Of a stretch of 64,000 bases of DNA, positions 1-24,300 are shown in pieces. Position numbers and translations under genes: made by a program. Source of the DNA: Bugula neritina (lineage: Eukaryota > Animalia > Bryozoa); assembly GCA_964035545.1 (NCBI GenBank), contig OZ037767.1, positions 10,550,581 to 10,614,580 of the forward strand. Reading direction: 5' to 3'. The first letter of the stretch is position 1. Every line of letters starts with the position of its first letter. A model generated the notes under the pieces. It was not told the DNA's origin and searched no databases. It was given only the letters and a program-made list of their open reading frames with translations.

Positions 1-855
1 TATATTTTATAAAACGGCAATTAGCTATAACCTCACCAAATGTATATAGGCCTATTAGCGGAGCTTCACCTTGTAGTTTGGTAGTCTTACCATGATGTTT
101 TTAATACTTTACAAAAAGGTCAGAAATGGCTATATCTATAGATTGTATCAACATTTCATCTAACTTTTTGGGCAAACAAGCTAATAACAGTGATCAGTGT
201 GCAAGGATCAAGTGGTACATTGTGCCCCGCGTGGCTAAGTTGAAAATAAATGTGGTTCAAGAAAAGTTTATTTTAGAGTTTGTTGTTATACTAGTTAAGC
301 AATGTAAAGACAAGCAATAGCAACAATATCAGTAAAATCTAGGCTTGTTACCTTTGAGTGTAAAAAGTTATAAAGCTTTAACAACATCATAAAAAATTCA
401 CAAAAAGTAGGTAAAAACAGTTTTTGACTTGCCTCTTCAACATGTATGCTCCGTAAGTGTTGAAACTACAATAGCTGAAAAATTATGTCAATACCTTTTT
501 ATTAAAAAAAATCACAACTCTAAGTCAATAAGTTCTCTCACAATTTGACTGCCTTTTTGTACCGCTATGACCTTTGTGCCCCCGTTACCCCTATTATACT
601 ATACTCTTTTTCCACTTCGCTCAAACTGATATTCTAGTTAGAATAATTAAACCAGTACATCTAAACCCATTTGACGACACAACAACATTATTTAAGCAGA
701 ACTAGAAACTCTATAAACTCAAAGCACCTTATAAATAATATAGCATGGTGCAGATAAAATATGCAGACATAAATTGCAGTGAAGGTGCTTTGAATTAAAT
801 AAAATTAAAACCGCACCAGTATACATGCTATCAGTGACCGCGTAAAAATATCTAA

Positions 856-12477
<11,622 letters not shown>

Positions 12478-12567
12478 GACCGATGTTTTAAAACTGAGTT
12501 AAAATGAGTAACATGTAACATCAACAATTGCCTTCACAAAGTTCATGTGTTGGTTATAGAGTTACAA

Positions 12568-12594
12568 TTTACGTTATGTTTTACATAACGTAAA
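12568..12594. promoter_or_regulatory. Conserved inverted repeat ~90-120 bp upstream of the CATSPERG ATG (also at 36771-36797)
   Basis: TTTACGTTATGT-TTT-ACATAACGTAAA; near-identical and at the same distance from the ATG in both paralogs, amid more diverged flanks. Confidence 0.45.
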
Positions 12595-14467
12595 GCATAA
12601 CAGCTAAAGATGCCATTTGAAATCTAAATAACATTTGTGTAATAACTATGCTAAAGTTGCAGATTGCATATTTTATTAAACAGAAAATGATTTCAGTTCA
12701 AAACAACCAAACAACAAAAAAAAAGGAAGTTGCTATAGATGAAACAAAACTTGACAGCAGACTGATATAGAAAAGTCTATATCATAGAATTTTATTAAAA
12801 AACAAATTAAATGCTACAGTCATTTAGTTACACCTGTGAATGAAAGAAGAAGTAGAATTTATTGCAAATGTTCAAATTATTATAGGCAACAAAAACACTT
12901 TTCAGAAAAATTCATTATCAGCTATTTCATATCATAAACATTTGAGAGAAGCTCCAATAAAGACTTTACGCTGGGAAAGGTATTTGAAACAAGAGCAAGC
13001 TCGCCCTGTAATCAGATATAAGAAATAAAGTTTACAATCTAAAGTAAAATAAACAAAATTAAATATCAATTTATAACTGACCAATTTTGATTGATGGATT
13101 AGTTAAAAAAATGAGTTGAGTTAGTAAACTGTTTTAAGCCATCATGTCAGGACTGTATACTAGAGCATCTTTAAACTGCAAATCTGTTCCGATTACTTTC
13201 CAATAAAGTAATAGTATAAACTAATAGATCATTTAACTTCACACGACTCCAAATTTTCTATCAAAATACCAGCAGGTGAATTTTTATAGAAGGACTTTCA
13301 ACAAATTAGAATTTGTTATAATTATACAATGTTATAGGGAATGAGAGGGATATTGGGGTAAATCTATTGCTTGTTACTACGACTAATATTAGTATAGTAA
13401 CTTATAGGAAGGTTTTTAGCAGAGAACCTTCACCTGTGTACCATGTTATTGTGTTTACACCACATCATCAAGACTACAAGCAACAGAAAAATGTTAATAT
13501 TACAAAAACATAGCATAAGTAAAAATTGTATACATACAAAAAATGTAGCATAAGTGTTGAAAACAAATTAATCCTTGTCACAAATGAGCAAAGTTACAAT
13601 ATAAACAACTGTATCTAAGAAAAATGAAAACAATAAAAAAACTTACTTTGTCTGCTATATGACATAAGTTGTCCACTAGCACATGGCTTTTTCAAGTGAT
13701 TGCACTTGAGAGCTATGGCTGTGCTATATGTATATGTATAGCACAGTGTAAAAGCTTTGCATAGTTCACTATAGTCAGCAATCCCACTACTGGTATTAAT
13801 AACAATATTACCTCTACAACCATGACTACTACTTTTACCACTGCTTCGCTGCTGTTGCTATGAATATCAATACCGCTACTACTTCTACTGTCACAAACAA
13901 GCTGCTGTTGCTATGAAAAAAAGGCACCAAAACTTCCCCCCCAGTCTAAACCAGCGGTCAACATTAAAGAGAAACTCAGCAACAGTGGTTTCCAACTTTA
14001 GCATTCTCCAGCAGAAAATGACATCATCAAACTTTTAGCTAGTCCTGAAAGCTTGTTCATCTATTTTTATTTTACACTTCATCACTATGCGTGTCAAAAG
14101 CTGCTCTATGCATCACATGATGTCATTCATCCACTGTATAACCATAACTAACAATTTGCAGACATAAAGTTAATAGGTAAAAGTTGAAACTAAAATATTA
14201 TTTGTAACATAGAAGTGTTGAAGCTGTTTTTTTAACTATTAGCTTATTTTTAAAAAAAAAACATCTCCAGCTACATATTATTTGCTTAAAAGAATTACTT
14301 AAAAAATTAGTAGAATCGTAATATGCCGGATTCATATAATCATTTTATTCCTCAGTGTAATGGGAAACATCATATGTCATATTATATGCAATAAAATTAT
14401 ATTATGTTCAGTGTTGTACGCTGTAGCTGTAACTGAGCCCGTTCTACTATATATATACTTTAAAAAG

Positions 14468-15375
14468 TTAAACCAAAAAGAAAGAAGCCCTGGAGTTGAA
14501 ACTATTGATGACATTGCCATCGTCATCTTCTTCTATTTTGTACACATGATTCAGTCTTTCTTCCATAGTACTGGCTATCCCAGCCCTAAACTTTACTGTG
14601 CGTTTATGTCTAGTACCATTACTGGTGAAAGCCATGCTATCTACAATTAAATCAATTTGTATTACCATACAACCCCTTGCTTTGCATTTGCCTAAACTAT
14701 TAATTGTTGCGATATGATATCAAAGGATAATCTGGTATGTATACACTATTTAGCATACGCTACAGACTAGCATATTATGTTTCATTCCTATTCTATAAAG
14801 CTTAAAAATAATTAGCTTTTTAGAAAAATAGGACTGTTGAAATATATTATTTGACAAGCATATTTTATTGACAGTTCATCTTTTATTGCAAACTAAGTAC
14901 TCACATGTTCCAGGCTTAGAAGCATCAACAAAATTGAAGTAATAGTGATCAATTTCACTGACGAAAATCAACACTTTTTTGTTTATGAGATCTTTTGTGT
15001 TGGGAGGTAAGTAATAGAGTTCAAAATCTATTAATCCATCAGGCATAAATTCACAGCTGGAATAAATTAAATATGCAACATAAATTCAATTTCAAAAGAC
15101 AAGTTGCAATTTTGCAACAAAGGTTGCATTACAACTATATCATTATACTATCGTATTGCAATTGTATTATTATGTTATTACATTATCACTGTAAATTACC
15201 ATATCATTGTATTATCACTGCATTATTATACTGTTGCATAATATAACTAGAGCAGCACTCACTAAAAAATAGTCCCAACTGTTTGAACACTTTGTTGGTA
15301 ACTTTGAATGTTTGGATGAAGATCTCCAACTTTTATAGTTGTTGTCAGTGTAGCTTTTTCTTTCTTATCCAAATC
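14468..15375 (-). other. Exons encoding a GOLD-like C-terminal domain
   Basis: GTIFYCEFMPDGLIDFELYY...ASKPGTYSMAFTSNGTRHKRTVKF lies directly after the Sec14 domain, as in SEC14L proteins (PG.Y.L.F.N...K.V.F). Confidence 0.6.
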
Positions 15376-18300
15376 CTTAAAAATCACAAAAAAGCAGCTA
15401 GAATTCTGACAAAAATAATTAATATTAACTGAATGCCTTCCTAACATCATTTTTACAAAGGCTAAAACCACTGACCATATATTTACTAAGCCAGTGCTAT
15501 AACCACAAAACTACTGGTGCTCTTTTTTAAGCATTGCAAATACTCGTAATTTTGAAAATTGTTACATGTAATTTTGCTATAGCATTCATTGGCATATTTG
15601 TTTTATTTTCAAATAGTTAATATTGGATTTCTTACTAGTCTATAAACAGCGACTCACCTTTAGATAGAAATGAGGTGGCACTGGTACCAACATGTTCATA
15701 CCAGAGTAGATATTGTATGTTCCGTAGAGAGAAGGAGGAAGATATTGTTTATCTATCACACTATGCAGTATATCTCGCCAGTCATCTCCATCTAAGTGCT
15801 GAGTGTGAAACCCTTTACGGTTTTCAAAGAGTGGCAGATAATATCGGTCCAGCATCTTTTTACATCTACTACCTAGCAGCACAGCAATAAATATATACTG
15901 TATACATGGCCACAGCACACTCAGCTGTGTCTATAGCAACAATATCTATATTAATAATGTGTCCATAGCAACAATATCAAAAACAACACTGTGTCCATAG
16001 CAACAGTATCTATAACAACACTGTGTCCATAGCAACAGTATCTATAACAATACTGCGGCTATGGCAACAATATATTCTATTAATTTACCCATTTTAACAG
16101 TGTGTACAAATTTATCTATAGTCAGAGTATACACAAACATAATTTATATGTAGCAATAAATAGTATACACAGCTGTATCCATAGCAACAAGATCTATAAC
16201 AACACTGTGTCCATAGCAACAGTATGACACTCTAATAAAGCTGTATCTACAGTGAGACTATATGCAAACATATTTTAGCACATGTACAAACATAAAACTT
16301 GTAACCATAACAACAGGGAAATTGATGCTCTTTAGATTTTTTAGTTCTTCGTTTACAAGCTGACATTTTACTCATAATTCCTAGTTATATATCAGTATAT
16401 AGGATTTAATGAAACTGTGCATGTCTCAACATACTTTATATCACCATGTAGCTAGTTTATTCATAGCATGACGTGCAAAGCACCAAACGAACTTGTTATA
16501 CACACCATGTATAATGTAGACATTCTTGAACAGGCAGGGATAACTCCTACACAACAGCAGGAGAGAAGCATGAAACCAGCCCAGGCCTTGCATAGCCTTA
16601 GAGTCAAGATGATATAAGAATTGACTACAATCTACAATAAGGGTGGAGCTGTACCCTCCCTAAAATTAAACAGAACAACATATAAATAGAGCTAGAGCCT
16701 ATCCAAATTCATAGGTTTAAACGTTAAACAAACAAAGAAGACTTTTTAAACTCTAAACATATATAAATTTTATAGGCTAAATATTAAGAGTAAATTCATA
16801 ATATATCTCACCTCCTTGGACAGGTGCTCCACCATTTCAAAAAGATACACCATATGAAGCATAAACTGGGAACTAGTACAGCTCTTCGCTAAGCCATTAA
16901 AATCTATTTTATCAAACTGACAAACAAATGTGGGGTTATCGGCCCGATCAACACCTGTACACTCGATGATGTTTCCATGCTGCAACATAATAACATAAAT
17001 ACACTCAATGTTATTTCTATGCTGCAATATAATAATATAAAAATAATATTATAAATATGAATAAAACTTAGGTAAAGTTCATGCAAGGTAGATCTTGTAA
17101 GCTGACACATACCTTCAAGAGAACTTCCTGGGGAGCATATCTCTGATACAACGTCCATGCCTCTATACTAGATTTCAATCTTACTGAGTTTTTCAAATAA
17201 AGTTTAGCGTCTGCCAAACTGTACGCTAAAGCATGCAGTAAATCAAAATACCATACAGGAAGACATAAACCGCAAACCAAAATTACGCACCACAAACCCA
17301 ATTAAAGCAGAAGTACATACTGTGCCCTCTGCCTTTTTTGTATTGTTTATTATGTTGTAAAACCTTTTTTTTATTTTTGGGAAAATGTTAAAATACACTG
17401 CCAGCAAAGTTGAAACCAAATTTATTCAAACATTGATCGACAAAACAAAGTACAATAAAGTTAAGATGGCACAAATATTTATTAAAAAATGTGAAAAAGC
17501 TTGACCAGGTTTTATGCTGAGGATAAAACAAAACAACCATTGCATTGTTTACTAAATTCATTTCTATTGACAGTAAAATGTCAATTAACATGCATGAGAA
17601 TGAAAATATAGACTTTGTACTCCAAAAATGAATAAACCCTCTTGGCCGTTTCTTATTTTTGTATTATCAAAACTCACCCTTAACCCATCTAGAAATGTAA
17701 GCTGATGTCCACCCAGCCCTGATCATCAAGCTACATTCATTCAACAAGGAACTAGCTAATGCCTGTTCAGTAGGGTTTATCACTTTTCCATTTACTATTG
17801 TATCTGGATCAATCTCTGTTATCGGATCCTTCTCACTTCTTTCCTGTTTTCTATCCTACAGGTATGGGCAAGCAAAATGCTTATCTATTAAAATAATATC
17901 TAGTAGCTTATTATTGTATCAATTTTTGTTTTTAGGGTATTTTTCACTCTTCTCTTAGTAGTAAATACAAATAAAGAAACTCAATCTATTTAATTGTAAT
18001 GTCATTTAAAAAAGTCTTGGAAAAATTTGGAGTTATAGTTTTCAAACTGCAATATTGATGTTTATGCTTCTTGCTGTAAATAAAAAACATTACCAATAAA
18101 GATGCACACCTTAAACTCTGTCAAAGCTTTCTCTAAGTCTCCACCATTGTCTTTGAACTGCACAATTGATTCGTTAATCATTAATAGAACCTAAAAATAC
18201 CACCAACATAGAGCAACATTTGGAATCTGAACAGTTCTTAAAGCTTTGCAAAAGTCCTGCTGTGTTAGCACACTAATATACACATTGAGTCAAATGATGT

Positions 18301-21300
18301 TTTAGAAAAATTGATTTAAACAGAATAATCATACTCTAGTGTAGCACGTGTGGTGTAAACATAAATAATAATTTTATTAACATGTTTGTAACAGGTTGGT
18401 GTAAACAAGTACAGTATGATACTCTTCTGAAAGACAATGCCGTAGACATAGCTCAATTTGATACTATGATAAAAGACATGACCAATTGCAACACCATTAG
18501 GCAAATGCTTCAGCAAAACACCATGTGATAACACTACTTTTTATGACACAACATAAGCTATGTCATTGTGAATCAATGTTCAATATTAAATAAAGATTGA
18601 CATAAAATGTCAGATAACTCATTCATAACTCAATATATGACACATTCATGATACTGCCACAGAATTCCCAAGATGACTCATATCATGACTTGTGCAACGC
18701 GACTCATCTAGGTGACCGATGACTGACTCACCCATTTTATAATGACTGCGAGAGTCATTTGCTCATTACTGCTCTCTTCATCTATGTGGATAACACTGAG
18801 ATATGGGTCACACAGATCTCTAGCCTCCAGTATGTTTAAGATGTTTGATGCAACTGGTGCATACTTTTTAGCCTGTGCTAGAAGGCTTGCCACTCGGTTA
18901 TAGCCAGATACCTCATTTCGAACATCCCACCATCGCTAGAAAAGTAGAGATGTTAATTTAAAAATAAGAACAAATAAAAGGCCACTGTTAATGAGGCTCA
19001 TCTAGTCAAGCAAAGATGAGAGAAGCAACACAAAGAATTGTATAATAATTTGGTAAACATTAAACATCAGTATCAAATGTCCAATATTGTATTGCAATAA
19101 TGAGACGGTAAACTAAGTTACAAATAAGAATCTTTGTTATTCTGTTTCATTGAAAAGCTTGACTTTTACTGGCATCAAGGTTTCTACACTATACAAAATG
19201 TATGTTAGAAAAACCAATGCAAAATTATAAAACATGTTCTTCAACTAATATAATAAAAGCTATATTTTTATATCAAACAGATAAGATAAATATAGAGCTA
19301 CTAAAAGATGGAAATTATATGGTAAGATAATTGCAAACCTGTAAGGTGAGATGATCCTTCTGCAGTACGAGGAGAAACGCTTTCAGTATATCAAAAACCT
19401 TGAGAGGCACTATTGTGTATTTGTAGAAACCCACAATGTCTACTGGACTGATTTCAACTAACTAGAAAAACAAACAGCCAAGTACTATAATGTTATTTAA
19501 TGTAGTGAGTTTGAAATTCCAAGTATAAATTATCAACAAATGATGATAATATATTTACATCAAGTTTGATCTCTTCAATACTGGTGAGGAAGGAATTTAA
19601 TTCAGCTGCACTGTCTATAAGCCCTTTTAGCTTGTCATGGAGCAGAGATATAGGAGTAGCAAATGCAGGCGGCATTGATGCCTTCAGTGTCTTTAAGCTC
19701 TGCATAGCAATTTCTAAACTTTTTATATGCAGAGATAGTTTAGGGCATTTCTCTATCATTGCCATTTCTATTTCTGCCAACAGAAAGTAGGTTTGTGACT
19801 GTAAAAACTATTTTGATCAAATAAACTGTTGAATAGTTCCTATAATCTTTCAGCTTACGTTGCAGAAATTTTTTTTCCTGAAACTGCAAATAGCTCACAT
19901 ATGAAATGAAAGCTTGTTATTGTGTAGTGTAACATATTGGCATACGTTATTCAATAGTATGAATTAGCATGTTACTGTATAGACTATAGCATGACGCAAA
20001 TATGTTATTGTTTAGTATGGCATCATAGTATAAGCATGTTGTTATATACTGCATAGCATGACACAAGCATGTTATTCAATAGTGTGATATATAAACACAT
20101 TATTGTATGTATCATAACTCTTACCAGCCTTGATGGTCAGATACTTTCCACAGATGACAGACAAAGCAGAATACTGATCTCGAGCTTTGCTGTCTAAGGC
20201 AGCGTTTGGGACATCCTCATTCATCAGAGCTATTCTCACATAATCCTCTTCAGTTAAATGCTGTTACATCCAAATAGGTTTATAAGATACAGTCACATCT
20301 CATACACAAATACATCACCAGGTTCCATTCACATTACCTACTACAGAGTTGAAATTGCAGCATTACATTTGTAATGTCATTACTGGTTGTGAGATACTAA
20401 AACAGTAAACAATGTCATGTGAGTTGTGGCACAGCGTCACATGACATGCTGAAACAAATTTAAAAACCATTCATTCAGATATAACTTTAACTGTCATCTG
20501 AAAATCTTACTACACCATTGAGAATTGTAGGATAATACAGAAGTTAAAAGCTCCCAGACACACACTAAAACATTCAGACTAACTTTTATTTATTTTTATA
20601 CTGACTTTTATAAAACTATCTTGCATAATCCGAGCGACTAGAGACAACGCAGCTTTGTATACTCCATCTTTATCTGGAAATTCCAACTCTTCAAATTTTT
20701 TTGTCAATTCAAGCAGATGCATGATGTTCTGGGTCTCTTCCGCTTCAGCAATAGCGTATCGCAACTCTTCACATATGTTCTGGTAGCCCACAACTGAGTG
20801 ACAGAAGATCACTTGGTGAACTGACACTAAGATGCTAAGCCAATTCTAGCACCACACATGATTCAGAAAATATTCAAGTCACAAACTTAAAAGCATTTTT
20901 TCTCAATAAGCTAAGTTCATTCATTATGAGTTAGTCTAACATATGAGGAATTAAATACAATTTTATAATTTTGCTTAAAAACAGTCCAGCTTTAGTAAAA
21001 CTGCGTTTAAAACCAAATGAATTGACTATAATTTTTAAATTATTTGATGCACTACTGAAGTATAGTATTAAGCAAGTTTTACAGAAATACTAGAGCCATT
21101 CAAAAATTTAAAAGAAACTCAGCAGTTACAATAGTAATAATAAAAAGTTTGAAACTCAAAGTGAGTGGAACTTACTGTTCTGCTGCATGTTTGAGTTCAT
21201 TTTAGTCATCTGAGAGCTCAGTTGATTGCTGTACTTATCAATTAATTGTATAAACTCCAGTTTCTGAGGATGAGGCAATGGTTTGAAAAAGTCACGCAAA

Positions 21301-24300
21301 CTATAAGAAAAAACACACAGAATTACCAAATCTTCTGACGCTAATAAATGCATACCGGCAATTTGATTGTTGACTGAAGTTCTACAAAGAGTGTTTATTA
21401 AACAATTTAAATTCTTGCATCATAACATTAAGCCATCAGCTGCTCTAACCTTTCCTAGTATTATACTATGTAGAAATGTTACATGGTAATATATTCCGTT
21501 ACAGGCAATAATGTTTGTTTTTAAGGCTCTATTAATTATAATATGTTATATTATATTATTGCATTATCTATTGTTGTATTATATCTTATATGCACATATG
21601 TGTTTCATAGCTTCTGTAATTCGTCTTCAAAACTAGATGGTAGAACAATAACTTCTATTTTATAGTATAACTAGTCAAGTAAGAAGGAAAAAGATTTAAA
21701 TTTTTGGCTAAACATTATTCTAAAGTAAAGATAACTGCTTGCTTATAGTAAGATATGGTATAAGATCATAGACTATAGAACCCTTAGCCTATATAATTTT
21801 GGAGTTTGACTATATCATAAGCATTAGGTTGTGCAATATAACTCTAAATATGTGTGTTTGTACTGCTCTCACTAATATCACACGCAACTCACTCTTTTAA
21901 ACTAGACTGATCTTGCTTGCTTTTTGCCTCTTCGATTTCTTCTCTCGCCAACTCCATGAACTTGTCGTCTGCCTTTAGAAGAAGATCTTCTGCATCAACA
22001 ATTGCGAATTGCTTGACACAATCCTGGGCACTCTTGATTTTGCTCCATAATGGCTGGATAACAAAAAAGCAATATTGTTCAAAGCCTTTACACAAAAGTG
22101 GCTAAAAAATGACTTTAAAAAAAGGAGATGCCATTCATTGTGAAAAATTTACCCGACACTCTTTGCCGTACTCTAACATCTCTCTTAAGGGGCTGAATGT
22201 AGTGTCATACAACTTTTTTTCAGCCGTCTTTATTGCATCCCCAGGGTCATCAATACCAACTCTACTAAACTCTATCCGAGCAGCAATAATGGCAGCAGAC
22301 AGTTGTTGTGGAGCGACATTTGAGCTACTTAATAGTCTGGTAAGAAAAGGTACGAGTTGTTGGTATAGAAGAGCTTTTCCAGTTTCTTCCAACTCTAAAA
22401 ATATGCCGATGCAATAGAAAATTGAAAAACAAAAAAATGTAAATACTAATTAGATATATGTATTGCCGTTTAAAAAGGCTTAGAATAATTATAGTATGTC
22501 ATAAAATATGTGTATATAAAATAAAGCACTGGCTCCAGTTATTACTATTGAACGTTATGTCACTACTACCAAGAGACATTAACTCAGTCTTAATAATTAT
22601 AAATATTTAAAAACTACTAGCAACATAGTTTTGAACAAACAGACTGACTTACTTCTCAGGTCATTAGTTATTTTGTACTGCTTTTTGCTGAGGTTAAAAG
22701 CCGCTAGAATTACAGCTAGATCTCGAGGTTGTGCTTTGTTTTTGATGGCTGCTTGCAGTTGCTTGGATATTTCATCATACAGCATCTAAGAACACAGAGC
22801 AAAATATATACATAAAAAATTAAACATCTAGAGTTTATAGCAATGAAATTAAATATAAAAGTTGTTAATATTCTTTTTCTAACAGTGATAGTAATTATTT
22901 ATATTTATATATGATAAATATATTTACACACTTTATTAAATAGGATATATGTTTTGAACATAAAGCGCAAAGCTTCTACAATATAAAAAGTGAAAAATAT
23001 AGTAGCCATTGTTTAAAATATACTTTTTAATTTTAGATTTTCTAGTAAAATACTTTTTTGCCATAGAAAGTAAAATAACTAAAAAAAACCTTACGTTTCA
23101 AATTTTATAAACATTACAAACTATAATCTTGTTTTATTGATTAAAATTATAGCTTGCTTTCAGTGCGTGTGTTAGCAAATTTCAAAAAGCAAAGTTTACG
23201 TTTATTTTTTTTTGGTAAAGTTAGATATAGCAATAAAATTTAATAAAAGTTTTACTACTGTACTTACAAGAAGTTATTACAGTTTCAAAATACAAATGAG
23301 TAATTTTAATTTATCTAATACACATCAGCAAATTATGACTAAAGTTTAAAGTTTGCTAAAAGTTAATTAAGATCAACTATATGGAATGAGCTGGAAGAAG
23401 ATCCTGCAACCTTAAAGCGCAATGTTAATGAAAAGCCATCATAGTTTGCACATCTCAATTCACTAAAAGATCAAGAAAAAACATAGAAAATCAAGCGAAG
23501 TTAGAGAAAACCCTGATTATTCAGCTGTATTTGTGAATATTTTATTAGGGCAAAATATCATAAAAATTAGCAGTTCAATATTGTGAAAAATAGCTAAAAA
23601 CTAGACATATTGAGGATGTACCAAATTAGGTAAAATGACTCCAATATACAAAATCCAAACAGTTGTGTGTTTTTACAAGCTTTGACTGAAATAATTCAGT
23701 CTAAAGATTATGTGGTGATTTTCATCATGAGTATTTCGGAGTTACCTTCTCCGCTCGGGGCATCACACTATCCATGTCTTTCAGTCCATGGCTATCTAGA
23801 CTGCTTCTTAACTGAACTATAATGTTATGAATCTCCTGGGCTGTATGTGCTTTCTCCAGAGAGTTAGCTAGTGGTAGTATCACAATGTTGTAGAGGTTTC
23901 TGTTGGCTTTATCAAGGAACCCTGACACGTCCTGCATTGTAAGTAAAGTCGCGAGTCTTATGATATTAAGGATTGCTCAAATTGCATACTGGGGTGCAAT
24001 GCATTCAGAGACACACTCATATACTTAATTAGAATAAATCGAATCATTTATGAGTATAAAGATGAGTCAAACCACATATTGAAGTGTTCAATATCAAGCC
24101 AAATTCAAATAAAGTTGTTGAAAGCAAAGTTTTACAAAGGTAATTGTATTTTTGATAAAACTGGATAAGCATTTTGTCCTAGCTAGTGAGACATTTACCA
24201 CTACTCCATAGAAAGCAAACTTGTTGATGGCGTTTCGTATTTTGGCAGAATCTTTCCTTTTCATTTCTTCTGCTAGCCCTTCTTTCAAAATTTTATAAAG

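Noticed and set aside
200-595. Possible DNA-transposon end (…tgtgcccccgttaccccta) downstream of CATSPERG copy 1
   Set aside because: The other terminus is not in the window, so it cannot be supported, although it could explain the missing tail exon.
13080-13470. Exon-like segments upstream of CATSPERG copy 1
   Set aside because: They contain in-frame stops and have no counterpart in copy 2; a signal-peptide exon with ATG is already present at 12477.
15924-16315. CRISPR-like 32-bp periodicity
   Set aside because: Eukaryotic intron; units are contiguous tandem copies without unique spacers, and there are no cas genes.
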